Positions 32,574-47,268 are shown, counted from the stretch's first letter. The stretch: 64,000 nucleotides of DNA from Amphiscolops sp. MND2022 (GCA_964187785.1 OZ076409.1:84446001-84510000); one strand, 5' to 3'. The notes: generated from the sequence alone by a model not told the origin. Numbers and translations: made by a program.

Positions 32574-34751
32574 TAGGGATATGTGGACATAGCTGACTAC
32601 GTTAAAATAATAATTCCGACAAAATCTGACACGCGTTTTCAGCTTAGTGAATTCAATTCGATTTCAAATTTCAGCCAATCAGATTGCAACATAAAGAAAT
32701 ATTCTGCTGTTTGAGGTCAATTTGTCGTTTTCTGCTGTTTGGTACTTCGGCTGTTTGGGAATTCCCCAAACAAGTACCTGATTTTTTTTTCATTTGCAAA
32801 GATACAACCTATAAACTGATTCAAATATTTCAAAAACTAACAAGCCGTTGTGGACGTTGATAGCTCGTTCTGAAGCATTTTTTCCAGAATAAAAAACTAA
32901 CAACATTCTATAATTTTTGAATCCCTTTTTCTCGAGATAACTTTAACTGGATTTGAATTAAATTACAACATAAGTTTCCCGTGAACAAATATATTATTTA
33001 TAATTTCAGATTCAAATTAAAATGGATCATTTCACACGTGAAGGTGATACCAAGAAATGCAAGCAAGGCCGTCAGGTTTTTTTGTTTGTATCCAGTTGCA
33101 CACACTTGTCCCTTGCTTATTGCTTATCTGTTACATTATTGCGTCAGTTACAGAATAAACATCCTGATTCATTACCTTCTGACATCGTGTCACCAAAGCC
33201 GCCAATACTTGATGAATACTTCGTCCGAGGCACAAGTGAATTACCATCATTACCCCCGTTAGATAGACAAGCTATTGCAGCCTACGCTAGCAACCCCGTT
33301 ATTCCATTCGATCTCGTAGAATTTCCAGTGTTCCAGTGGGCTTATGGAGTCAAGTGTCGTGATATAAAAAAGTCTCTGATCGTGTGACAGAGTTAGCAAC
33401 AGAATGGCGGTAGAATATAAAGGAAAACATATCACATGTCCGGGTCTAGTGTTTCAATTTTTTTGGATGGTTGGACCAATTCCATAAATGGGCAACACCA
33501 CTTGTGTTTTGCGGTAGGGAAACTAATGGATATGTTTTAATGAAGTTCAGTTGTTGTGGAGGAAACATCTGCGCAAGGAATTTTTAAGAAATTGAGAAAG
33601 TGGTGCGAGAAGTCGGACTTGAAAGTGGCCGTGTAGTTTGTGTAGTGGGGGATAATGCCGGAACATGCAAGCTGCGTTGAAATTAATCAATAACAGTAAT
33701 CCAGAAGTAACGATACTTGGATGCCTGCTACACATCATGAATCTTATTATTGGGGATATATTTTCGAAAGTATCCATCGTAAGTGATTCACTAAAAACTC
33801 TGGATGAGCTTATTCGGGTTGGAATTTTACCACGATTTTCAGCTGTACGTTGGACTTCCAAATTTGAATGCTTACAAAGTGCCATCTCAAGGAAAGTTGG
33901 AGACGACTACGAAAAGCTTCTTTTCAGCTATTCCACCATGATTCTTGCGGAAGTGTCCAGGCAAATTATAATTATTCAAAACGGTTCAGCATCCATCCTG
34001 ATAGAAAAATCTTGGGGTTCAAACAAAGCAATCACAAAAGACACAAAGATTGTTCTGGAAAGCATCATACAAAAACTTTAAATATGGTTATGAAATCGCA
34101 TCTGGGGTATTAAATGAATTCACTTTTACCTTTTCTGAATTTAGATGACGAACAAAAAGGCTGCTTGAACCGTTTCCCAAAAAAAGGATGGTTTTAAAAT
34201 GGAAAGAACTGATTTGAGGGACAGAGAAATGCTGACAGCTGCAATTCAACCAAGCAGCTTTCCCCTACATTGTACACTAGCGAACTTGCTATTGAAGTGC
34301 CCATTTTCGGAAGCTTTTGTGGGCTGGGCGTTCAGCAAACACAAACTCTTTCATAGCAAATTGCGAGCGAGTTTGTCTGATGGAAAATTCTATTACCAAT
34401 TGTTTATCCGCTATAATTTTGCAAAGGTATTTAAAATTGCAGGAAACTTCGAACTTAGTACAACAAGTTGAAAATGAAATTTCTTCGTTGATATATGTTT
34501 CTGATGATATTGAGAACGAATTATACTTGTTATGTGAAATAAAATTCTGTTGATATAATTTTTACCAATTGCAAATTTTCCCAAAAGCCAGCATCCAGCA
34601 CAACTCTGCTGGCACCACCATCTCACCCAGCTCTGATTATAGTCAACTATGCAATGAACGTAGCAACTGGTACAATGCTGTGGTCTAGTTGACGCATTGT
34701 CTATCAGTACTTCAGTCAAACAAAGTCAACATTTTACTGCCCATGTCCCAT
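32574..34751 (+). mobile_element. Degenerate hAT transposon relic
   Basis: Fragmented frames give FLDGWTN, GDNA/NMQAA, GCLLHIMNL, VRWTS and PFSEAFV..AFS in hAT order. Ends TAGGGATATG / CATGTCCCA are only weakly inverted and boundaries are approximate. Confidence 0.6.
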
Positions 34752-35237
34752 GGACAGCAAGTCCACTCATTGAAATCATCCCACACACTGTTTTTGTTTA
34801 TGGTGGTATATATAAATTTGTATAAACTATTGTTATGCATGAAAATTTAGAATTGATTGAGATATGAAATTCATTTCCTTCAAAGTTAATGACCTGATGG
34901 CACCTTTTGCTGCTTACAGACTGGGTGTAATGATGATATCAAGCAAAACTTATTTTTAGCAGCGTGATACCCACTTTAAAGGATGTCACGTCCAACATAA
35001 GTACGAATATTTCGACTCTGAGTCCGTAGATCATCCATCTCCATTGTTCCCATCCTGTTATATTGCCATAAAACCATCATTGTTTCTGTTGCAATAATTT
35101 TCTCGAAAACAGATAAATTCATAACATTGACTGCATACTTTTTTCCATGTTGTTGTGAACTATAAGTGTCAACTAAGAATCAATTCATAGTTACTATAAA
35201 CTTATCTTTCAAAATGAAAACCTAAAGCCTGAAAAGT

Positions 35238-35690
35238 AACAAGAAGGGATCGTTCCATATCGGCGCCATATGTAAGGCTCAAAAATATTCAAGGAACAAC
35301 TATTGGAAACATTTGGGTACACAATGCCAAAAAACTCAAAAAGAGGCCATTCAGGCTCATTAAACGTTTTTACAAACCGAAAATTTCAAAAAATGCAAGG
35401 GTACCCTTTGATAGAATCCGAAAATTTTCGAAAAAAAGTCGCATAGTGCCGAAAAAAAACCAAACTAAAAAAACCTTTGGTCTCGCATCTACTTTTGAAA
35501 GCATAAAAAATTTGTGGTTTAGTGCGAGAATCGAACCCACGATCTCCTGCTTCTCAGAAAATTAGTTGAACAAATGAACAAAAGATTGTAAAAAGTAGAC
35601 CATTCAGAGTGAGATTGTCAGCTGAAAAAAAAACTACCCACTGTAATAGTCGGGCTTTTTTCCTTAAGGGAAAAGGCGCCGACTAAAAAA
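35238..35690 (+). mobile_element. Non-autonomous Helentron/HINE-like repeat
   Basis: Begins AACAAG, has subterminal TCGGCGCC, ends in hairpin AGTCGG..GGCGCCGACTAAAAA; homologous to 62329-62923 and to the split copy at 48516/54516. Confidence 0.55.
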
Positions 35691-36376
35691 GATGACGTCA
35701 ATCTGGCGTATTGTCCAATTTGGAAGATATGAAAGTGATGCAAGGAAGTTGTAATTTGAATGAGTTAAGAAACAACTCTGTAGCAAACGATTCACAAGCG
35801 TCCATCGTCCAATCTGCCACTCGACGATTTCAATAACAGAGATGAATTCACATAGTATAGAAAACATCGACAAAATTTTGGATAACAGTTGAGCTATAAC
35901 TTGAGAATTAAACAATTAGATATCCTGACAAACGGAAAAGATGAAAACTGCTTTAAATACTCAGGTTTTGAGGGCAATAAGTATTGCAATTCACGCAAAC
36001 ATCTTTCCTCATATTCAAGCTAGCTTCGAAGAGCCAAAACAGTGATTTACCACTGAGGTGGATCTAAGGTCAGAAGGACTAGTAAGGGACCCCGAAGTCG
36101 ATTAAGATCGCAAGAAATACCAAAACCAGCCCAAAAAAACAGTTCTTAGTTGATTTGACTTTGGTTGACAACAGAGAGAAAGCTCTCTTGAGTTGCACCA
36201 GAGTTCCCACAAGATTTTCAAATTAAATCGGGGTCCTACCACGGGACTTTTCGAAGTCAAAAGGTTCTGATGGAAAATGGGTACCTTTCTTTGCCCCACT
36301 GTTCGCAAGGACAATTAATGCGTGAATAAAACATGATCATGTCCAAAAAGAAGAGGGAAATATTTTCAAATTTAAT

Positions 36377-37017
36377 TGCAGTAGTGGAGAATGCAGTGTA
36401 ATTCTACAAGATTTACCAACGGATGCATACTGAATTTTCTAGGTTTTATAAAAAATTATCCTGCATGCAGGCCTGCAGCATGTAAAAAGTTCAAACAGTC
36501 TCAACTAGGGCAAGCTCGCATTCGTCGTCGATACTGTGACAAAATGTTACTTAATTTGTAAACTAAGGAAGTTTACAGCTAGTACATGTATGTGATAAAT
36601 TATTATTAAGTATAATTCGGGAGCGTTCAATTGGAATAAAATTTGTTGATGAACAATTCGCGTACCAAAATACGGGAACTACAAAAATAAAATCTAGAAT
36701 TTCTGGAAGCATTGATTCAAAGCAGTTTTGGATCAAACTCATAAGGTTACAGTTATGGTTAAACTAGTTTTCAAGTATTTTACCAAAATAAATGAATAAA
36801 TAGGCCTTTTCGCGTATCTTTTTTTCAATTTGTCTCAAAACTTATTATCAACATCAGTAATCACGTGTAGTCGAATCTTGTTGAGTTCCCTTGTCAAGAC
36901 TACTAGGAATTTTCACATGCTGCAGGTCTGCATGCAGGGTAATTTATTAGAACCTAGAAAATTAGGCAAGCTTCTGTTGGTAAATTTTTGAGAAAAACAC
37001 TGCAGTTTTCACTGTTG
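36377..37017. mobile_element. Foldback MITE with ~120-bp imperfect TIRs
   Basis: 36377-36495 (..TTTTCTAGGTT..CCTGCATGCAGGCCTGCAGCATGT) is the imperfect reverse complement of 36907-37017 (ACATGCTGCAGGTCTGCATGCAGG..AACCTAGAAAA..). Confidence 0.7.
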
Positions 37018-40000
37018 AAATTCAAAGCCTAAAACAATTCCTAACTACTCATCTGATGTAATTACCGCATCTTAAATAGCACGCTGAAGATGATTCTAGA
37101 TTGCAGTTTATGGGGTTACTGAAGGTATTTTCCATTAAAATGGCGGTAATTTGATGACATATTTGTTGCATTTAGAAATAGAACTGTTCACTGTTCCTCA
37201 ATGAAACGTGCAAAACTTCAAGACTTGTAGTTGGCTCCAAATTCAGGATGCTTTTTTCAAACAGCTTGACAGAGGTAGATTACAATAGGGAAGTTTTTTC
37301 TTGTGAAATTTTCCGTAACAATTTTAGAAAATCTTAATAAAAGTTGTTAACTTCAAAGAGCATACAAAAAGTTCAAACAATTTTGACAAGTGTTGAAATA
37401 AATCAGCGCTTTTGATGCAATTTTGTGAGAAAAAAGCATGTAAAATTTGTTCTCAATTGCATATGGAATGTTCAATGATGGTGTGTATCCAAAAAATACC
37501 AAATGATTTGCTCGTCTTGATTAGGTTGTTAAATATTTCATGATGCTTCTGTGATTTTGCCACATGAGTTACAGCTTTGAAGCACGATCTCAGAGAAGAT
37601 GTAATGTCGTATCCGAGCCGTAGCACTTGCAGGTGGCTCACACGTGCGCCAACTTGGCATAAAAAAAGCCCTCAAAACCCTTCATCCCCCCTTCATCGTG
37701 TAGAAGTAGCTATAAGATGCTATTAAGTCTGAATTTTCAAGTGACGCATGGCTAAATTATTCAAAACCCACAGCAATGACTTCAGAATCGTTTTCAGTTT
37801 TTGTTCATTGTGTCATTAAAAAGTATTCATGAATAAACCATCAGCAGATGAACTGTGTTGTCTGTATCAGAGCGATTTTCTGTAAATTCCAGCTGAAGGC
37901 ACCAAAAGTCACTCACGTTTGAACGCACATTGATGAATCATCCAAAAATTGGAAAAAAGGATGGTTTTTAGCTGCGAGGTATGAAACACCTGAATCAACT
38001 TTACTTCTGAAATGCTCGCAATTTCCTGCTTTTAACTCCAATTCAATTTCACGATGACACTTCCATTGATAACACGTGAACGAGAGGTCACGCGCTCGCC
38101 ATGCATACAAATTTGGAAGAAGAAAATAAACATAGGAAAACAAAAATTTCTTATCTAAGTTGATTCCATTCATGTTTTTAATCAAACCTTCCATTTGATT
38201 TTTGATCGATTTTTTGGGGAAAAAACTGAATGTTCGTGTGCTAACGAAAAGATCGAGCTTGTAAATTGTTGTTAGTAGAATTAAACCATTTCCGGAGTCT
38301 TATTTTTCATTTAATTTGAAAAGGCAGTTAGTTCGTCGAAGTCACTTACCATTGCTAGTGAATAAAGTGTGGGACCTAAATGAGTTTGAAGAAAACTGTT
38401 TAAACGATTTAAAAATATTTCCTTGAATATTTCCATTTCAAAACCAGAGATAGACGTCATTCCAGATTCAGCTCCATGTATTCATTGTCAGGTTTTGATT
38501 GTTCGTAGATCTAAAACATGTTATTGCTCCCTAATTCTAAATTCGATTCACTTGCATAAACATGAATTCTTAAAATTATTTGTATGAATGCATGCATAGC
38601 AGCAAAATTATCTTTGCTGTCAACATTCACAAAATAAAAAATGCAGCAGAATTTTGTAACATTGCTGTCAAACCTAGTCCACTAATTTTATCACTCTGAA
38701 CTTTTGAACCTCAAAAGCGCACTGCTAAATGCCAATCAAATAGAATAGTCGTCATTCAGTTGCTCAAAACTGGTTTCTCCTGTACTGATCGGCTCAATGG
38801 CCGCACTTTACGTCACTTAGAGGATGAATCGGTTTATCATCCCGCGTGAAGAAGACTTTAGAGCCCCTTTCACTTGTGTCTCACCCATAAACGACCTGTC
38901 ATAATCTCAGAGGCAGAAGCATGAAAAAGCAAGTGTGCCTTTTCTTTCACTTTCGTCACCCAACCATTCACTGCAGCTCAGTGCACCATTTTTAGCGTTC
39001 TTTAGACCTCTCACAAAACGTAATATTGTATCTTTTCTTTCGCTTCATTCAATTTTAAGCAAACGGGACCAAATTTGTTCATTTGTATGGAGAAGTAATA
39101 TGTATCCTCAAATTTGTGCGCTCTCAATTATTCAATGCCTCTCTGGATATTTTCTCTAGTCTCATTTCCATTCTTTTTTGGCCTGTCAATCATCCATGCT
39201 TTGGTTTTTCTAACAAGAACGTGAAAAATTAATATTTTAAAATTTATTCACTGCACTTCGCTCAAACGTCATTACTGGCGTGACAGCGTCTTGTGTTATT
39301 CTGGATTAGAATTTTCACATTCTCCTCCAAAATAAATCCGATAGATCTCTGTCAAAGCTGCAAGACCACCTGTAAAACATCATTTGTTCTATTCTTCCTT
39401 TCCCAAACAGCTGACTTTACTTTGCGAATTAGTGAGAAAAAATTGTCCGGAAATAGGGAAATTTTTTTTTTAAAAAAAAGGTATATGATAATTTAGGACC
39501 TCCATGTAAGCATTTACCTTGTAGGTGCAAAACCGTGAAACGTTTGTTTATATCATGGAAAAATTCGAACGGTGTATGTCGTTGTGACATCCATGACCTT
39601 TAGAGGTCATTGACATTGAGCTCTAAAGAAAGAAAGTTGTTGTCAAACAAACTCTAACAAAGTCGATTCAGTTATATATACATATTCAATAATGCTAGTT
39701 GTGTTACGTAGAATAGATTGGTAAACTATATAACCGTTTCTATCGAGAAAAAACGCAGTCAGTAAAAAACGTGAAAAGAGCGTTTCTTCTCACTTTTCAT
39801 TTTCGTTCACTTCTCATAGCGTTTCATTCATTATCTAAAAAATTACAAAATCTTTAAAGCATAAATTGATTCCCTGCGTTTTTGTTTTGTGTTAAGCCCA
39901 TTAGTCTTTTTTACAAAAGTAGGAGATGAAAAATTGCTGTGAAGTTTTCGATAGATTGAAGTTGAAAAGTTGAAGCCAACGGATATATCCCCAAAAAAGA

Positions 40001-43000
40001 CGCTCATCTATAAAAGTGGATACTTTTGAAGTTTCTGCTCAATGAGATATCACAGAACTCAGAGAGGTTCAATAATTGAATGCATTTTCTCCTGATCAAC
40101 ATTAAAATTCTTTGTCTCGATTCTTTGAACTTTGTCAATGAATTAGCTTCAATGTTGACTTTCACGCTAAAGTTGAATTTGATCATTATTGAACTGGAAT
40201 AGGTCAAAAAACCTCACAATAAAAGCAGAAACTTCCTTAGACTGTTGAGCAATTTTTGTTTACTTCCATCCTTCCGTCCTAGTGACCGTTGCCATTTTTC
40301 ACCTAAATTATGAAACACCTGTATTTTTGTTTCAATTGATGCCACGAAAAGAATTTAAGTTTTTTAAAAATTTTTGTTTTCTCCTCTTTTTTCATTACTT
40401 TTCTTCCTACTTTGCGGAATGTGTGTATTAATATAAATCAAGCTAAATAAAGTTTGTGTTTTCTGAATTGCATAAATAATGAAACAATTATTTTTCCTTT
40501 CACTATTGAATCACTGGCATTTTTTCATTTCTTAGATGGCATTCTTTTTAGTTGGTGTGTATTATAGTTCAGTTAAATGTTGATTTCACGGATAATCATA
40601 CATGATTCATGGATGTTCCGACGAATCCCATCCGTAGTCCATAACATAAGCTAGCTCTTGCCAATAGGAGCTATGAATCATACGGGCATCTTGAGTTAGT
40701 ATATCGACTGTTTTAGACCTGTAATATTCATGATGTCTTTTCTGATTGAGAGAAAATATAATCCTTGCAAGAATCTTGAAAAGGAATCTTGAAAGGAATT
40801 CATTGCTAGGAAAGATTTTGCAAGGAATGCATTTTAGGCAAGGATCCTGTAAGATTCTTTAAAGGAATCCAAGGAACAGACATTATCTTACAAGATCTTG
40901 AAAAATTTTTGACAGTAAAGCGTTTTTGCAAACCATGGTATTCGATCAACTGCTAGAATGACAATCTGCACGCCCACTCAATGTGAAAAAAGTCATTAAA
41001 GTATATCGATATAAACGTACAGCAACAATTAATATAAATTGATTTTTCATAATAAATTGAGAAAACGGAAGCTCGAATCAAATTTGTAATTAACAATATT
41101 TGTGTCAAAAAGAAAATTTATCCCAGGAAAAATATGAAAGGGCTTTTCATCAAACTCAGCAATCTTTTCAACATGTTGCTGAGAGTGCTCTTCTTTTTGA
41201 TTTCCGAAGTGCTTAAGGCAAGGTTTGCGGGAAATTGGCGCCCTAGTCGAAACTGCTCGAACATTTTACAAGTTTTTCTAGGTTACCAATGCCATAAAAT
41301 TTCACTTAAACAATTTAATTTTATCAAGCTGCCTACGAGATGCATCTTTAATTTGGCAGCAATTCCCAGCCGCGAAGTTTCGCAGGTTTTATTAAGCAGC
41401 AGCTCCAATTCTAAAAGCTGAGATCAGTACATTATAAGTTTCAAAGTAGCGTGCTATTTGACTAACGGTGATTACAAAAGTTACCCACTTAAGAACTTAA
41501 ACGTGAAAACAATGTGATGCAATCAAGATACCCGAAACTCGAAGCTTCAGGATGTGGGGACTTGAATGTGGCCTATATTCTCTCGCTCTAGCATCTTTAT
41601 TTAGTTGAACGACGTAGTCACTATGTACTTGATTCCTACATTTCAAATATTTCATAAAACAACGGTCTCATAGTCACGCACTCTATTCACTACGCCAAGT
41701 TGCGTGAAAACGAAACAAAATGAAGAACGTTATGGGAATATTCAAAGAATCTGTCAGTTCGAGTGATAAAAACCCAGTTTTTAAACTCATATAATAAAAA
41801 CCCATCAATAAAAAATCATAAAAACCCATCATCTTAGTCTGCGTTTTCTACGGAAGGCCCTGACTACAAATAGTCCAGATCTGTTATTTGGAGTAGTGAA
41901 AACGTTCGATGTCTCGAGGTTTATCGATGTTCTCCAATGCTTCGAATTACTAACAGAAGGGTCCAAAACTTTCCGTCACATTCTGGTTTCTTCCAAAAAA
42001 ACGATGAACACTTCGGGTCTAAGATGACGTGATATAAGAGTGAAAAACGTCATGTGTTCGAAGTTGGATGATTTCACAAATGTTCAAGTTTCTATTCAAT
42101 CCAGGGCTACTTCAAACCACTTCGAAAAATTCATATCCCGTCTGCTTCGATGATCATTAGTGGCTCCACCGTCCAGTCTTAAGAAGCGTCTTGAAGACTC
42201 TCAAAACCTTGAACAATTCAATGCATCGAGAGTAAGAGTCTTGGGAGCAGACATTTTGGTATATTTGAAACTGGGAAAACTATTGTTCCATACTTGAGGA
42301 ACATATTTTTAAAAATTACACATTATTGGAGCACAGAAAAATTCAGCGGAGCTTTAAGTTCTTTCGAAATCAAACATTGAATTTTTCCCGATATTTTGCA
42401 TCCATTTTGAATGTTTCGATGAATGTTTTCAACATATGTTCACCAGACAAATGAAATAATTCATGAAATTGTTTTACATCTTAGGAAACTCAAATTATAC
42501 AGGTGTTCTGAAACAATTTCATGGCAATCAACAGGATACAATCGAGCCTAATTAAAATGCATAGACACAAATCGAAATCAAAAATGGTCTAGTGGACTTA
42601 CATTTGAGGAGACGCTTAGAGAATTTTGAACGCTCAATGCAGACAGTTTTCTCCAAGATTGCATGTGTACATATCAGGTCAGGGATGAGTCATGTTATTT
42701 AATCAAAAACAGCTTCTAATTTTTTTGAAAGTTGAAGATGAAAACTCTAAATGCAAATACTCTTTGGGAAATTTCTAGAATTTTTTGATAGGCCAACATT
42801 AGTACACTGTCATACGGTTGATATCATTGTTAGCTATAGCTAACGCTGGAATGGTCCCCTCACAAAAAAGGGGTTTGAATTTAATATTCTGTAACAAAAG
42901 ACGTGAATGTTTGTAAGACGAGAACGATCATTGGAACAACGACAATTTGATGAAGAAAAAGTGATGAAAAGTTAGATTCAACTGAAATAGAATTTTTGAA

Positions 43001-43630
43001 AAGACTGAAAAATAGCTAGTCTATGGTTATGAGTCTAAAAAGGTTTTGTGTTTGAAAAGTCAAGATTGCAGTAGATTTTCATGGACAGTTCAGCACAAAG
43101 GTCAATGTAGGTAAATTTAACAGCCCTAAAAAACCTCAACCATATTTGACGTGGGTGAAATAAATGTATAATCAAGATTTCTAAGTCAAATTAGAGATAT
43201 GTCGAGGCGTGAAATAATGGCCGATAATTGCATTTTCTGCAATAAGTTACTTGTAATTTCAACTTTGTTGCAATCAATTTGATTTATGCTAAATAATTGC
43301 AAATAAACTTTTAGCAATTGTTTTCTCTAACTCTGAAAAACTTTATACGGGACTTTCAAATATTCCCTGAAAGCAGTGTTCAGAACATCGAAAAACAAAG
43401 CAATCAAAGAAAATTTGTCGGTATTCAGTCCTTCCAGCAACTTCTAATCAATAGCTACAAGATGTTTCATTTGTATCAAAACAAATATTGTGAACCATGA
43501 CTTTTTGTTTTGTTTCCATTTTTTCAAAAAATGTCAAAGTTCTCTATTTAAGAAAATATCCTGGGAAAGTAATTGTTTTGTCGTTCAGTTTTGTGAATAT
43601 TCATAACCAAAAATTTAAACGAAATCATAC

Positions 43631-44788
43631 TGTCGCAGACTACCCCCAGTGATGGCGTCTAATATCAGGTAGCCCCAAACGATGTGGCCATTGTTCTTCC
43701 CCCTAATTTACTACCTTTGTAAATTGGAAAGGAACTGAGGTCCAGAGCCTACAATAATTATTTGCTGATACGATTTGTATCCAAGCTTCCAAGTTTGTGT
43801 TAAGTTTTTGTACCGATTATGTTTATTCATTCAACCATGTAGCAATATTTATACATATGTTTACATGAGCCAGTATGTTATGGCTATTTAAGCATGAAAT
43901 TGGTAGACGTGTCAATGTAAATATTCAAAAGATAATCTTGAAAGAAACACGTTCGAGTAAGTCATCGCTCTAGCTAACTTGACGAGTGGTCCTTTGGGGT
44001 TAATAACGAATCACATTGCTTGCTGCTCGCTGCTCTAGCAAATTGGACCGCCAGTCCACTGCATCATAAGACATGCGTTTCCACGCTCCCTACTGCATGA
44101 TATACTCACCCAACTATGTAAGGTTTTACCTTGTCAGGCGTGCCGCCCGCCTTTCACCTATTCCTAGATGGTCACACCCTTTAATATCCATGCAGATACT
44201 AATCATAGATCTATCCGGGAAAATTGTTAATGAGATTTATTTTTAGTGAGTATGTTTAGAAGATGTCCTGCATTATTTTTATTGTCATGCAAAAAAGGTA
44301 ATATAGTTAATATAGCTAATCACGCCAGACAAATGGACTATATTTCGACGATTTGTACATGCTGCACAAACCTTCATTCTGTGAATTGTTATACTCAACA
44401 TTATTAATCAGACAATTTCACAAAAGAATTTCGAAAGAACACTCATTTCTTGCGCATGCCTTCAACCAGAAAGCAGAAAGCGTTTTAGGCAGTCGAACGT
44501 TTTGTTCGACGTGGAGACTTTGCACGTAATGCTAGGAACTTTCACTAGGGATTACTATGGAAACCACCCAGTCCAGAAGAAAGGTCACCCAGTCCTCGAG
44601 GTATGATAGAATACGGGTTAAATACAAAAATGGACAATCGTTCCAACGGGCTCCACTGGAACTTGAAGCCGAAACAAGCCGCACAACGCGGGAAAACCGA
44701 TCCAAAATGGATTCTAATCAAGGTAACGCCACTCACTACTGAACGGAGAGACCAGTAAACTCACAAAATAGTGAATTGGGTTATGACA
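43631..44788 (+). mobile_element. Solo LTR, family A relative (1158 bp)
   Basis: TGTCGCAG...TTATGACA with perfect 5-bp TSD CATAC (43626-43630, 44789-44793); degenerate MPSTRKQKA..DVETLHVMLG from 44456. Confidence 0.88.
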
Positions 44789-45477
44789 CATACACTCACA
44801 AAATGTTATGGGCACTTGTTCGATTCACGTCTTTTGTAAGTGTTGAAATTTTCGAATGCTACGACCCTAAACTTTTTGTGTTCAAACTTTGTGAAAACTC
44901 TACAATTTGAGTTTAAACTGGAAACAAGTAGAAAACGGGAAAAAGTCGGCTGAGAAATTCATACTTTTTTCTATAATTAGGATGGGCAGAAAATAGAAAG
45001 ATTCAACTATTCCAGATTCATCGAAACTTGATTTGTATTTTCGCCATGACTAGATTTTAAGCCTGAAGACAATAGCCCTGCATGTTGCTTTCTAACGTTT
45101 TTTTTTGCATTTATATTTTTGATCAGAATCTATGAAAAATAAAATACTTTCGTGCAATGGCTAGTTGTTTCTCCACCTCATCGGTAGTCATTCACTTTTT
45201 AAAACATTTTTAAAATTCAATTTTGAACTCTGAATATGTTTGCTGGGAGGCCGGACAGCCCTACGAATAAAGATCATGCTTTAGGTAAAAGGTTTAGAGT
45301 TTGAACCTATTCTACGCTGAAGATTTCATCTTTTCAAAGTCTATACCAAGCAATTTCTGATATAACGTATAATACCAAGCTTCAAGTTTTGATATTTATA
45401 TTTCTTCAAAAGGGTGGAACATCTCCAAATTTTGCTTCCATGTGGAAAGAAAAAGCTCAGAGGATCACTCTTTTGAT

Positions 45478-46446
45478 CAGGGCCCGGATTTTCATGCGTA
45501 AAAAATATGCCAAATATGCGTAAAAACATGCGTAAAAAATCCTAAAATATGCGTAAAAATATGCGTAAAAATTTATTGGTTTTCATACACAGTATTATAC
45601 CAATAGACACATAAATGGTGTTTCAAGTTTTCAATGGTAAGTGACATTCTTTGTGGAGTTTGAATTTGTCCCATTTCTGAGAAAACTCTCTCTATATCGG
45701 CAGAAACCAGGGGTGCATATCGGTAAATTGGAGCATCTAGTGGTGGCACATCAGAACTGACTCTCTCTCCTCTCAGAATTTTTGCAAAATCTTGCAAAAT
45801 TTTAAAATCAGGATTTCGGGTTAAAACAGCATCGAGTTTCTCTTTATAGTTGTCGCCTTGTACGTTGACAATAACTTTCTCCAAAATAACAAACTGATCA
45901 CACAACGACAGTCGTCCCTGTAACTTCGTAATGGCCTCTGGTAAAAAATCGAAAGATGCAACTAAAAATGCCATTTCTTGCATGAGCGCGTTGTCCATGA
46001 GGTCCAAAATTTTCGTGATTTCTGAATTATATAATCGAAGCCATTAACACATAACTTGCAAACAATTTTGTTACTCGATTGCTCGTAATTCCAGTTTTGC
46101 ATACCACCAGGCAATGTCTTCACATAGTCAGAACCGTGCAATTTGTGTTTTGGCATCTTGGACAAATGCACAGTAAGCAAGATCAAATGGCAATACAATA
46201 CTGTAAACACTGAGAACGAATAAAGCAGTGCCAGACAGACAGGCACCACATAACCGCAATGTTTGCTCACTGAAATCTGTCACACTCACATACACATTCC
46301 TGAAAGTAAATTGTCACTGCAGTCCAATTCCTTGTCAATTTTGGCTAAATATGCGTTAAGTTCATGAAAATATGCGCAAAAATAAATTTAGGCCAAATAT
46401 GCGTAAAAACATGCGTTATGAACTTCTCATATAAATCCGGGCCCTG
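45478..46446 (-). mobile_element. Internally deleted hAT element (969 bp)
   Basis: TIRs CAGGGCCCGGATTT / AAATCCGGGCCCTG; 8-bp TSD CTTTTGAT; ATGCGTAAAA subterminal repeats; N-terminal KIVCKLC finger fragment joined to C-terminal YAPLVSADIERVFS. Confidence 0.92.
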
Positions 46447-46652
46447 CTTTTGATTCACTCCACCCTGTGAGTAGAAACTCTCAAATGCAAGTCTTGAGCA
46501 AATTTGAAGCCAAAGTTTGAAGCGCAGTTCTGAAGCGGTGCTATTCCTTGGATGTTTGCACCGTTAATTGAATTCCTCAGCAACTTTCCATACAAGCCAC
46601 TTCTTCTACATACATCCCAAAAATAACGAAAAAAGGGAAAGTTGCTGAGGGC

Positions 46653-46834
46653 AAAAATATCAGTTGTATGGAGGGTGTAAAAACAATGGATGAATGTATA
46701 AAAGTTAGGTCTGAGCACTCCAGCGCTTTGCTAGGAATGAATATATTCATTCCTAGCAAAGCGCTGGAGTGCTCAGACCTAACTTTTATACATTCATCCA
46801 TTGTTTTTAAACCCTCCATACAACTGATATTTTT
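46653..46834. repeat. 182-bp spacer-less palindrome
   Basis: Arms 46653-46743 and 46744-46834 are reverse complements with one mismatch. Confidence 0.95.
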
Positions 46835-47268
46835 CGCCGAGTCACAGCCAACACGTCTACTAAAAAATCATAACCACTGATTCCAATGAAAGACACTGTC
46901 TATCAGCTTTCGCGACAATGAGAAAACATAAACATTTAATTCATGCGCATTTTGGAACGCTTCGAAGGGTTCTCATGATGATAGAGCGAGTCATTGAGTA
47001 ATAATTTGAGTCACAGATTCAGTTTCGTTAGGAAGCAATTCAGAAACTTTTCACTAGTTGAGATTTAAATTTTTTTCACGGAAAGTTTTGGACTTTGTTT
47101 CAGCTTCTGAATTAGCAACTTCAAATAAAGTGATCACAGGTTGCATCCAATTCGGTTTCGACAAACTATATGAAAAAAAATATAATGTAAGTATCACATT
47201 TGAAGATTCCATGGTCAATCAATTCAAATGAAATATTTGATTGCGTAGTTTTACTATGTTCAGCTGTA

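Noticed and set aside
35515..35560. tRNA-like B-box (GAGAATCGAACCCACGATCTCC)
   Set aside because: No complete cloverleaf; a fragment inside a repeat.
37050..43600. Host gene exons in the AT-rich interval
   Set aside because: Only short ORFs without recognisable domains or a consistent splice chain; small exons cannot be excluded without RNA data.
46577..46880. Two near-identical ORFs on opposite strands
   Set aside because: Artefact of the palindrome.
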